DNA of 64,000 nucleotides from Alistipes sp. (GTDB lineage: Bacteria > Bacteroidota > Bacteroidia > Bacteroidales > Rikenellaceae). Where the stretch lies: contig JAFYWG010000061.1 of the NCBI GenBank assembly GCA_017558115.1, positions 83,287 to 147,286 on the forward strand. Direction: 5' to 3'. Positions 39,174 to 47,263 of this stretch are shown here, piece after piece (positions within the stretch are counted from its first letter, which is position 1; every line of letters starts with the position of its first letter). Under the pieces are notes generated by a model, which had not been told where the DNA came from, did no database searches, and was given only the letters and a program-made list of their open reading frames with translations. The translations under genes were made by a program, and so were the position numbers.

Positions 39174-40163
39174 TTATCCTTGCGCTTCGCTCTCGGCGAC
39201 CTCCGTGGGGGCGGGCTTCTTGCTAACCTTATCCATTAGTCCGATGGTGTTGAGTGAGGATAGAAGCGTGGGGTAGTAGCTCTTGGATACGGGTATGCGC
39301 TTGATGCTCTCGTCGTCGAGCGTCACGAAGTGCATGCGGTGCTCCTCACCCATAAAGCGTATCTTGCCCGTGTTGACGATGTAGGAGCGGTGGCAACGTA
39401 CCATGCTGCTACCCTCGAGGCTCTTCTCAATGGTGCTGGTCTTGCAGCGCAAGAGATAGGAGAGGATTTTGTCGTTGTGCTTGTAGTGCACGTTGATGTA
39501 GTTGTCCTCCGATTCGAGGTAGTAGAGTGCATTGACGTCTATAGTAAGTCGCAGAGTACCACCATTATCGTAGAAGCGCACCATGCGTGGGCTCTTGGTC
39601 TGAGTATCACCCTTCGGTAGCATCTCCGATACGCGGCGCTCCACCTCGGTCTCGTTAAGCAGTCTGTTGTACTCCTCGCCGAGGCGCTTTAACTCATACT
39701 GCGAAGCATCAAGCTCCTCGCACTTTGTACGGTAGGCCGCATAGAACGAGATCATGATGTTGGGCACGGCAAGAATGGTAGCTACGCAGAATAGTGTGCG
39801 CGCACTGATGTCCGTGATCGTAAGACCTGAGCTGTCGAAGTAGCGGTAGGTAACAAAGGTGTAGAGCAGGGTGATTGCCACGACCTCTCCCGTAAGCCAG
39901 CATATGTACTGCGCGAGGGTTAGGACATACCTATCCTGGAGCTTGTACATAGTAAAGCGACTAAGGATAAGTATCACCACGGCGGCAACAAAGAATAGCA
40001 GCGTGAAGAGCATACTCACCATGTCGCTCGAGCTGAACCACATGGCCAGAGAGAAAGGCTGATAGGTGATAAGGAATATCACCGAGAAGAGCACAATCGC
40101 AGCAATAGTGACTGTGATATAGCGGCTCGATATAAGGAATTTTGGTAATTCGCTTCTTGACAT
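39174..40163 (-). CDS. Membrane-anchored LytTR transcriptional regulator
   Basis: Four N-terminal TM helices and C-terminal YLESEDNY...RCHRSYIVN...IPVSKSY. Confidence 0.9.
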   Translation of the reverse strand: MSRSELPKFLISSRYITVTIAAIVLFSVIFLITYQPFSLAMWFSSSDMVSMLFTLLFFVAAVVILILSRFTMYKLQDRYVLTLAQYICWLTGEVVAITLLYTFVTYRYFDSSGLTITDISARTLFCVATILAVPNIMISFYAAYRTKCEELDASQYELKRLGEEYNRLLNETEVERRVSEMLPKGDTQTKSPRMVRFYDNGGTLRLTIDVNALYYLESEDNYINVHYKHNDKILSYLLRCKTSTIEKSLEGSSMVRCHRSYIVNTGKIRFMGEEHRMHFVTLDDESIKRIPVSKSYYPTLLSSLNTIGLMDKVSKKPAPTEVAESEAQG

Positions 40164-40215
40164 ACTAATATCTTTAGGCTACAAATTTATGAATTTTTAA
40201 TATATTTACAAAATT

Positions 40216-40300
40216 TTTACCACATATAGTGCAAATTCACCACAAAATAACGGTTTTCACCACAATTCGCGTGTGCATAGTTGTGCTCAATCTATATTTG
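40216..40300 (+). promoter_or_regulatory. Three TTYACCACA direct repeats (20-bp period) plus -7 box TATATTTG (40293-40300)
   Basis: ACCACA cores start at 40219, 40239 and 40259; LytTR gene is divergent. Confidence 0.7.
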
Positions 40301-40424
40301 CGACGTCGTTTTGCTCGACATAGTATATAAAAGCGCGCGCGTAAGACCCACTATGTGGTGATGCAGTGTCAATATGTTGGGTAGTATAGAGGCGAAACAA
40401 TGTTAAACTAACACAATACTTCTG

Positions 40425-41378
40425 ATGAAAATTATTGGAACAGGATCGGCGCATCCCAAGTGTGCAGTGACCAACGAGATGCTTGAGCAGTTTCTCGAAA
40501 CCACTGATGAGTGGATCACAGAGCGCACCGGTATTAAGGAGCGATGCGTAATTTCGTCGGAGAAGTTGGAGGATCTCGCAGTGATTGCCGCAAACAAGGC
40601 GCTCGAGGATGCAGGACTCACAGCTGCCGATATTGATTTCATTATCTGTTCGAACGTAGTAAACGAGTATGTTACACCCGCTTTGAGCTGTATCATCCAG
40701 GGCAAGCTCGGTGCAACATGTCCTACATTAGACATCAATGCCGCTTGCGCAGGCTTTATCTTTGCGATGGATATGGCCGAGGATAAGATCCAGTGCAAGA
40801 AGGCGAAGAATATCCTTATCGTATGTGCTGAGGAGCCCTCACGCATGGTGAGCTGGCAGAATCGTAGCACATGTGTGCTCTTTGGTGATGGCGCAGGCGC
40901 TGCAGTGGTAACCGAGGGCGATGAGCTCAAGGCTATCCGTCTCACAACATCTTCGCTTACAGACGTGCTCTACTATCAGCGTAAGTTGGAGCCCACGCCC
41001 TACATCGACAAGGAGGAGAACTACGAGCCTCTTGTGATGCGTGGCCGCGAGGTATTCAAGCATGCCGTGACAAACTCTTGCCGCGACATCCGCAAGCTCC
41101 TCAACCAGACAGGTCTCGAGGCGAGCGACATCAAGTACTACGTATTGCACCAGGCAAACCACCGCATCATCGAGTCTATTCGCGGCTTCCTTGGCGTGGA
41201 GGAGGAGAAGGTGCCTCACAACGTAGAGCGCTATGGCAACATCTCATCTGCGGCGCTTCCAGCATTGCTCGACGAGCTCAACCGCGCGGGTAAGTTGCAC
41301 AAGGGTGATAAGTTGGTATTCAGTGCTTTCGGCGCTGGCTTCACAACCGGAGCATGTGTAATTGAGTGGGCAAAGTAA
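40425..41378 (+). CDS. fabH: Beta-ketoacyl-ACP synthase III
   Basis: WITERTGI, AACAGF, FGDGAGA, HQAN and GNISSA. Confidence 0.95.
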   Translation: MKIIGTGSAHPKCAVTNEMLEQFLETTDEWITERTGIKERCVISSEKLEDLAVIAANKALEDAGLTAADIDFIICSNVVNEYVTPALSCIIQGKLGATCPTLDINAACAGFIFAMDMAEDKIQCKKAKNILIVCAEEPSRMVSWQNRSTCVLFGDGAGAAVVTEGDELKAIRLTTSSLTDVLYYQRKLEPTPYIDKEENYEPLVMRGREVFKHAVTNSCRDIRKLLNQTGLEASDIKYYVLHQANHRIIESIRGFLGVEEEKVPHNVERYGNISSAALPALLDELNRAGKLHKGDKLVFSAFGAGFTTGACVIEWAK

Positions 41379-41430
41379 TAGGTAAATTTCGGGTGCCGCA
41401 AGGCATCGCTAAATAAAGATTTAAAGAAAA

Positions 41431-42684
41431 ATGGAAAAGAGAGTAGTTATCACCGGTATTGGTGCAATTACCCCCGTGGGCAACCACGCTGAAGATACAT
41501 GGAAGAACCTCGTAGAGGGTAACTGTGGTATCGACTTTATTAAGGGTTACGACGAGTTCAACCTCCCAGTAAAGGTTGCAGGTCAGATTAAGAATTTCGA
41601 CCAGTCGGAGTATGAGCTTAACGCAGGTCTCGCACGTCGTAGCGATAAGTTCTGCGTATATGCTATGGCTGCGGCATCTGACGCTATGAAGGATGCTGGC
41701 CTCGTAAGTGGCGAGAATATCGATCCCGAGCGCCTCGGTGTTTACATCGGCTCAGGTATCGGTGGTATGGATACATTCGTAAACCAGACTAAGGTGTTGT
41801 TGGAGGAGGGCGTAGGTCGTATCTCACCATTCTTCGTGCCTATGATGATCTCGAACATCGCCTCTGGTAACGTGGCTATCTCACACAACGCGCAGGGCGT
41901 ATGTCTTCCCGTTGTAACAGCTTGTGCTACAGGTACACACGCTGCAGGTGAGGCATTCCGCGCTATCAAGCATGGCTATGCTGACGCCATCATCACTGGT
42001 GGTGCTGAGGCATCTGTACACCCCTTGGCAATCGGTGGTTTTGCCAACAGCAAGGCCCTCTCACGCTCTGAGGATCCTCTTCAGGCATCACTCCCATTCT
42101 CTGCAGACCGTCACGGCTTCGTAATTGCTGAGGGCGCAGGTATGATGATCTTCGAGTCGTTGGAGAACGCCTTGAAGCGTGGTGCAAAGATCTACGCTGA
42201 GGTTGTAGGTTACGGCAACAGCTGCGATGCTCACCATTTCACCGCTCCACGTCCCGACGGTATCCCCGCATCACGCGCTATCAAGCAGGCTCTCGACGAG
42301 GCTAACTTCGATGCAGATAAGGATCTCCTCTACATCAACGCACACGGTACTGGTACGCCTCTTAACGATGCTGCTGAGACTAAGGCTATTAAGCTTGCGA
42401 TGGGTGAGCAGAACGCTAAGAAGGCTAAGATCACATCTACAAAGTCTATTACAGGCCACATGCTCGGCGCTACAGGTGCAGTGGAGCTCATTGCATCGGC
42501 GTTGTCACTCCACCACGGCATCGTAACACCTACAATCGGTCTTACTAACCCCGATCCAGAGTGCGACCTCGACTACACACCTCTCAAGGCTGTGGAGGCA
42601 CCCCTCACTGTTGCTATCTCTAACTCGCTCGGCTTCGGCGGTCACAACGCCTGCGTAGCCCTCCGCAAGTGGGATGGTCAGTAA
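41431..42684 (+). CDS. fabF: Beta-ketoacyl-ACP synthase II
   Basis: TACATG, NAHGTGT, GHMLGA and NSLGFGGHN. Confidence 0.95.
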   Translation: MEKRVVITGIGAITPVGNHAEDTWKNLVEGNCGIDFIKGYDEFNLPVKVAGQIKNFDQSEYELNAGLARRSDKFCVYAMAAASDAMKDAGLVSGENIDPERLGVYIGSGIGGMDTFVNQTKVLLEEGVGRISPFFVPMMISNIASGNVAISHNAQGVCLPVVTACATGTHAAGEAFRAIKHGYADAIITGGAEASVHPLAIGGFANSKALSRSEDPLQASLPFSADRHGFVIAEGAGMMIFESLENALKRGAKIYAEVVGYGNSCDAHHFTAPRPDGIPASRAIKQALDEANFDADKDLLYINAHGTGTPLNDAAETKAIKLAMGEQNAKKAKITSTKSITGHMLGATGAVELIASALSLHHGIVTPTIGLTNPDPECDLDYTPLKAVEAPLTVAISNSLGFGGHNACVALRKWDGQ

Positions 42685-42721
42685 TATATCAGAGTTTAAA
42701 CCAAAGAAATAGAATAACACT

Positions 42722-43468
42722 ATGAAACTTTTGGAAGGTAAGGTAGCACTCGTAACAGGTGCTGGCCGCGGTATCGGTAAGGCTATCGCTGTACGTTTTG
42801 CTCAGGAGGGTGCCAATGTGGCATTCACTGACTTGGTAGTAAACGAGGCTGTAGAGGAGACCGTAAAGGAGCTTGAGGCTTTGGGTGTTAAGGCTAAGGC
42901 CTACGCATCTAACGCTGCAAACTTCGACGAGACACACGAGGTTGTAAAGCAGATTGTCGAGGACTTCGGTCGCATCGACGTGCTCGTGAACAACGCAGGT
43001 ATCACCAAGGATGGTCTAATGATGCGTATGTCAGAGGCGCAGTGGGACGCTGTAATCAACGTAAACCTCAAGTCTGCATTCAACTTCATCCACGCCGTAA
43101 CACCTATTATGGCTAAGCAGCGCGGAGGTTCTATCATCAACATGTCGTCTGTCGTAGGCGTAAGCGGCAACGCTGGCCAGTGCAACTACTCTGCATCTAA
43201 GGCAGGTATGATCGGTCTTGCTAAGTCTATTGCTAAGGAGATGGGTCCCCGTGGCATCCGTGCTAACTGCATCGCCCCCGGCTTCATCATCACCGAGATG
43301 ACAAACCAGCTCTCACAGGAGATCAAAGATCAGTGGGCACAGCAGATTCCTATGCGTCGTGGTGGCACACCCGAGGATGTTGCTAACGTAGCATTGTTCC
43401 TCGCGTCAGACCTCTCATCATACGTGAGTGGTCAGACTATTCACTGTTGTGGTGCTATGAACTGCTAA
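42722..43468 (+). CDS. fabG: 3-oxoacyl-ACP reductase
   Basis: TGAGRGIG, NNAGITKD and GNAGQCNYSASK. Confidence 0.95.
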   Translation: MKLLEGKVALVTGAGRGIGKAIAVRFAQEGANVAFTDLVVNEAVEETVKELEALGVKAKAYASNAANFDETHEVVKQIVEDFGRIDVLVNNAGITKDGLMMRMSEAQWDAVINVNLKSAFNFIHAVTPIMAKQRGGSIINMSSVVGVSGNAGQCNYSASKAGMIGLAKSIAKEMGPRGIRANCIAPGFIITEMTNQLSQEIKDQWAQQIPMRRGGTPEDVANVALFLASDLSSYVSGQTIHCCGAMNC

Positions 43469-43860
43469 TTTGTGGTGAAAAGGGGCCATTCTCGACCTCT
43501 CAATCAATAGCCAGAATGGGAAATACGTCAAGTATGTCCCATCCTGGCTATTTTCATGTCGAGGCCAAGCCTGTCCACTTTTGACCACAAATTGAATTTA
43601 TTATGATAAGGCAGACATCTACTGCCGCTAATAAAAATACCGTCAATGGGACGTGCGTCAAGTACTACCCATCGACGGTATTTTTGTTGAGCGTTGTATC
43701 TGCAGCCTTCTAACAATAAATTTACAACCCGGGAGGCATGTCTCATCATGGCTGTTTTCATGTCAGAGCCACATCTGCACCTCTCTGATAATAAATTTAC
43801 ATCCGAGAGGCATGCCTCATCTAGCTATTTTCATGTCGAGGCCAAGTCTAAATCTCATGA
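43467..43860. repeat. Two abutting long hairpins (43467-43593, 43595-43722) plus two tandem half-copies
   Basis: Shared apex ATGGG-N5-CGTCAAGTA-N3-CCCATC; GCTATTTTCATGTCGAGGCCAAG at 43547 and 43824; AATAAATTTACA at 43715 and 43790. Confidence 0.8.
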
Positions 43861-44456
43861 TGCGTTACCCTGATTAGAGAGAGCGTCGTAAGGCCATGTC
43901 GCATACCCACCGTATATAGGCGTGCGGGGGATGTGGGGTTGTTCTTAGGAGTAAGATTGTGTATAATAAGTTCTTTGCCCAAGGTAAACTGCGTACAAGT
44001 AAATATGTCGCCCACACTAAGCTTTGAGTTATGGCACTCTGTAGCGATAAAACGATTATCTCCTATATACTTAATAGTGCAGATGCGGTTGGGTAGCCAT
44101 CCTATACGTACCACATCTCCGATTTGAAGTTCTGAAGTCTCTATATGCTCGGCATCGAACATCTCAGATTCACACTCTTCACAGTAATATAGTCTTTGGC
44201 AGAAGTCGTGCCAGTCGCACCCCTCGGCATACTGCGTTAAGACATCGAGAGTTCGGCGTGATACAGTTGCATAGCCGCGTGTGGAGTATCCCCATACGCG
44301 CTCTATAGTGCTCTCGGAGATATGCTCTCGGAGTTCTTTCTCGATGGCTGAGACAAGTGTAATAAAATCGGTGTGAACAATAAGACGCTTGCCAAAGCGT
44401 TTCTCGACACTCTGGCGCAAAACTGCGATTTGTGGGATATTACTATTAATACTCAT
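43848..44456 (-). CDS. Hypothetical protein with putative N-terminal HTH-like domain and C-terminal beta-rich domain
   Basis: Helical segment ISESTIERVWGY...TLDVLTQY, then GDVVRIGWLPNR...NSKLSVGDIF; divergent from the kinase. Confidence 0.75.
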   Translation of the reverse strand: MSINSNIPQIAVLRQSVEKRFGKRLIVHTDFITLVSAIEKELREHISESTIERVWGYSTRGYATVSRRTLDVLTQYAEGCDWHDFCQRLYYCEECESEMFDAEHIETSELQIGDVVRIGWLPNRICTIKYIGDNRFIATECHNSKLSVGDIFTCTQFTLGKELIIHNLTPKNNPTSPARLYTVGMRHGLTTLSLIRVTHHEI

Positions 44457-44463
44457 TGTAGTA

Positions 44464-44485
44464 CAAAAATAATTTATTATCTTTG
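44464..44485. promoter_or_regulatory. Back-to-back -7 boxes in a 47-bp intergenic gap
   Basis: TATTTTTG on the minus strand (44464-44471) and TATCTTTG on the plus strand (44478-44485). Confidence 0.6.
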
Positions 44486-44503
44486 AACTAACAAATACAA
44501 GCT

Positions 44504-45682
44504 ATGATGATAGAGAGTGGTATATTCGATGTAGCACCTGCTATGAGTGTCACAGATGGCGGTTTTTATGATCTTAAACTATTGAAAACCACTGCCTACG
44601 CATCGTTATACTTTGCAGTAAAGCGCGGTAAGCGCTTCTTGATAAAGACAACAAAAGACAATTGTCAGCGCCACGCAACATTGCTCCGTAGGGAGTATGA
44701 GTTATCCATAGACTGTGACCATCCGCATATCGTACATGTCTATACCTACGAGGAGAACCTCCCCGTAGGTGAGGGTATTGTCATGGAGTATATTGAGGGT
44801 CGTACGCTAAGGGAATATCTCACGGAGAGACCTTCGCTATCGGAGCGTAGGCGTATTGTTAACGAGCTATTATCAGCGCTTGGATATCTACACAAGCGAG
44901 GTATTATACACAACGATATAAAGCCTGAGAACATCCTCATAACTCATGCCGACAACACATTAAAGCTAATAGATTTCGGTCTTGCAGATAGCGATGCTGA
45001 GTATGCGATGACACGACTTGGGTGCACGGCAAAATACGCCTCACCCGAGTTGCTTAAGCGCAGTGAAGAACTCGATGCACGTAGCGACATATACTCCGTA
45101 GGATTGATTATACGCGAGATTATGGGGCGTGGATATGGTTGCATGGTAAGGCGATGCACAAGGCGCGACCCTGCAAAACGATACCAAAGTATCGAGGCAT
45201 TGCAGCGTGCGATACATTGGAGAAGAGGCCGTTGGAAGGTGCTGGTGGGTATGGCGTGTGTGGTAATAATGTTGCTGCCTACACTCCTGTATATGACATC
45301 AAAGGTAGAACAAGATGCCGAGGTCGCTCAGCGTGATATCACTCTTGAGCGTTTAGATAGCACAATGAAGCACATTGCCGAGACAGCGTTAGACTCCGTG
45401 CGATCAGCACCATATCTGGAGTTTGCAGCGATGCACGTTGCAACAATGTGGGATGAGTTTGCCACACTTCATGGTGAGGTGCTTGCCGAGATAGATGACC
45501 CTGTGCAGAGGTCTATATATACCACTCGCTATGACGAACTATCGCTACACTATGGCGCGCAAATAAGAGTGGCGCTGGATTCGCTTCAATCTGTTGATAG
45601 TGTTGAAGATAGTGATATGCGCAACTATTACGTATCGCTTATAGTGCAGCATCTCCCGTATACTCCATATAAGGGAGAGTAA
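44504..45682 (+). CDS. Hanks-type Ser/Thr protein kinase with TM helix and helical extracytoplasmic domain
   Basis: FLIK lysine, RREYE, HPHIV, HNDIKPEN, DFG, YASPE and DIYSVG; TM segment VLVGMACVVIMLLPTLLY. Confidence 0.92.
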   Translation: MMIESGIFDVAPAMSVTDGGFYDLKLLKTTAYASLYFAVKRGKRFLIKTTKDNCQRHATLLRREYELSIDCDHPHIVHVYTYEENLPVGEGIVMEYIEGRTLREYLTERPSLSERRRIVNELLSALGYLHKRGIIHNDIKPENILITHADNTLKLIDFGLADSDAEYAMTRLGCTAKYASPELLKRSEELDARSDIYSVGLIIREIMGRGYGCMVRRCTRRDPAKRYQSIEALQRAIHWRRGRWKVLVGMACVVIMLLPTLLYMTSKVEQDAEVAQRDITLERLDSTMKHIAETALDSVRSAPYLEFAAMHVATMWDEFATLHGEVLAEIDDPVQRSIYTTRYDELSLHYGAQIRVALDSLQSVDSVEDSDMRNYYVSLIVQHLPYTPYKGE

Positions 45683-45834
45683 AACAAAAGACAAGGGAAG
45701 ACAATCTCGTCATATAGGTCAATACATATTTTTGATATATATTTGCATTTGCAATTGCCCGTACTATGTGAAAAAAGTAATTATTTTTGCTTGTGTGGCG
45801 GTAGATTGGATTTTTTTGCCTATATTTGTAAAAA

Positions 45835-46095
45835 TATTCGATTACACAAGTGTGTGCTGTTCTCTCTGATGAACCTAGGAAATTTATTTTGGTAAGGGAT
45901 GGCATATCACCTCGCTGTTGTGCATGCTATTTGCATGTGCACGCATGGCGCGGGCTATTGCTTTATTTCTTACCACGGCTATCCTAGGGCCTATCAGCGG
46001 AGATTAAGTAGTTAGTCTGCGCTCTTTTTTTTGTATCGCAGAGCTAATCAAGAGGGTATAGGAGATGCCGAAAATCCTTTAAAGAGTAGGCGCAA
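45835..46095 (+). ncRNA. Candidate structured 5' leader / cis-regulatory RNA
   Basis: Follows -7 box TATATTTG (45821-45828); long multi-helix hairpin 45861-46003, hairpin 46012-46047 and GCC-GAA...AGUA-GGC at 46067-46091. Confidence 0.5.
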
Positions 46096-46116
46096 ACAAT
46101 TAAAAACTTAAACTTT

Positions 46117-46491
46117 ATGGAGAAGCAGAAAGTTGCAGCTGGCTGGTGTAAGGCAGCCGTTGCATGTGGTGTTCTCGCTACAATTATTGCCCTTTTACCT
46201 TTGCTTAGCGGTTGGTGCATGATTCTTCTATTTGCTAACTGGGTTCTTGTACCATTGGGCGTTGTATTTGCCATCGTCGCTATTGTTAAGAAGCAGAGCC
46301 TCGTTAAGACCATCGTAGGTTTGGTGCTTTGTGCTTTTGCAGTAGCAGCTCCCTGGATCCTCAAGGAGCCATATGCTAAGGCTGCGGCAAAGTCAGTAGA
46401 GAATGCAGCTGAGACTGTAGGTAATATGGTGAAGTCAACAGGCGCTGAGGTTGATTACAGCGACCTTGGCGATAGTGACTACGAGTGGTAG
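46117..46491 (+). CDS. Small membrane protein (three TM helices, acidic tail)
   Basis: Three hydrophobic segments, AT-rich initiation region and a downstream terminator. Confidence 0.75.
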   Translation: MEKQKVAAGWCKAAVACGVLATIIALLPLLSGWCMILLFANWVLVPLGVVFAIVAIVKKQSLVKTIVGLVLCAFAVAAPWILKEPYAKAAAKSVENAAETVGNMVKSTGAEVDYSDLGDSDYEW

Positions 46492-46511
46492 TAGCGCATT
46501 CCCCTCTTTAT

Positions 46512-46547
46512 ATAAATCCTCGAATGGTGACCCATTCGAGGATTTAT
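46512..46547 (+). terminator. Perfect 16-bp hairpin, probable terminator
   Basis: ATAAATCCTCGAATGG-TGAC-CCATTCGAGGATTTAT. Confidence 0.75.
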
Positions 46548-46812
46548 TGTATATGTGCCGCTTAAACGCACTCACTCGCTCGGTGTGCCTCAGTCTCTGC
46601 ACTACGCTCCTTGAGAGAGGTGATAGAATCTCTTGACCGCCCTTCGGCATTCTCTTCTGTGTCATCTTCGGCTTTATACCCTCTGCAATAGGCGCATTAA
46701 GTCTATTATATTTATGTGTAACAGCTATAAATCGCCTTCTCTGTTTCGTTTTCTCGCAAGTTCTTTGTATATTTGCACTATTAACCATTTTAGACTAATA
46801 CAACGATAGACT

Positions 46813-47250
46813 ATGAAATACGCTATTATCTCTACAGAGAAGGGTGATATGAAGGCGGAGCTCTATGCTAACGAGACCCCTATCACCGTTGATAACTTCG
46901 TGAAGCTCGCCGAGAGCCACTTCTACGATGCACTCACCTTCCACCGCGTGATTCCCGACTTCGTGATTCAGGGTGGTTGCCCATTGGGTAATGGTGCGGG
47001 TGGCCCAGGCTACACCATCCCCTGTGAGACACGCGCTGAGCGTCAGTACCACGACCGTGGCGTGCTCTCTATGGCGCATCGTGGCCCCAACACTGGTGGC
47101 TCGCAGTTCTTCATCTGCCACAACCGTCAGAACACACAGCACCTCGACCGCGTGCACACATGCTTCGGTAAGGTTGTGGAGGGCGTAGACGTTATCGACG
47201 ACATTCGTCCTGGCGACCTCATACTCTCTATCACTATCGTAGAGGAGTAA
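46813..47250 (+). CDS. Cyclophilin-type peptidyl-prolyl isomerase
   Basis: [32 protein letters not shown] and HTCFGKV. Confidence 0.95.
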   Translation: MKYAIISTEKGDMKAELYANETPITVDNFVKLAESHFYDALTFHRVIPDFVIQGGCPLGNGAGGPGYTIPCETRAERQYHDRGVLSMAHRGPNTGGSQFFICHNRQNTQHLDRVHTCFGKVVEGVDVIDDIRPGDLILSITIVEE

Positions 47251-47263
47251 GCACCCAAATGCG

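Noticed and set aside
43467-43722. Integron attC sites
   Set aside because: Ends are AATT rather than RYYYAAC/GTTRRRY, no cassette ORF lies between the units, and no integron integrase is present.
43467-43860. CRISPR array
   Set aside because: Repeats are degenerate, partly inverted and unevenly spaced (about 130, 74 and 73 bp). The intervening sequences are related to each other and no cas genes are in the window.
43528-43877. Small ORFs 43528-43761 (-) and 43653-43877 (+)
   Set aside because: Their repeated peptide segments follow from the DNA repeats, and there is no independent coding signal.
45866-45882. Hammerhead ribozyme core (CTGATGA...GAAA)
   Set aside because: No valid stem II between the motifs and no matching stems I/III; CTGAT is better explained as paired in the long leader hairpin.
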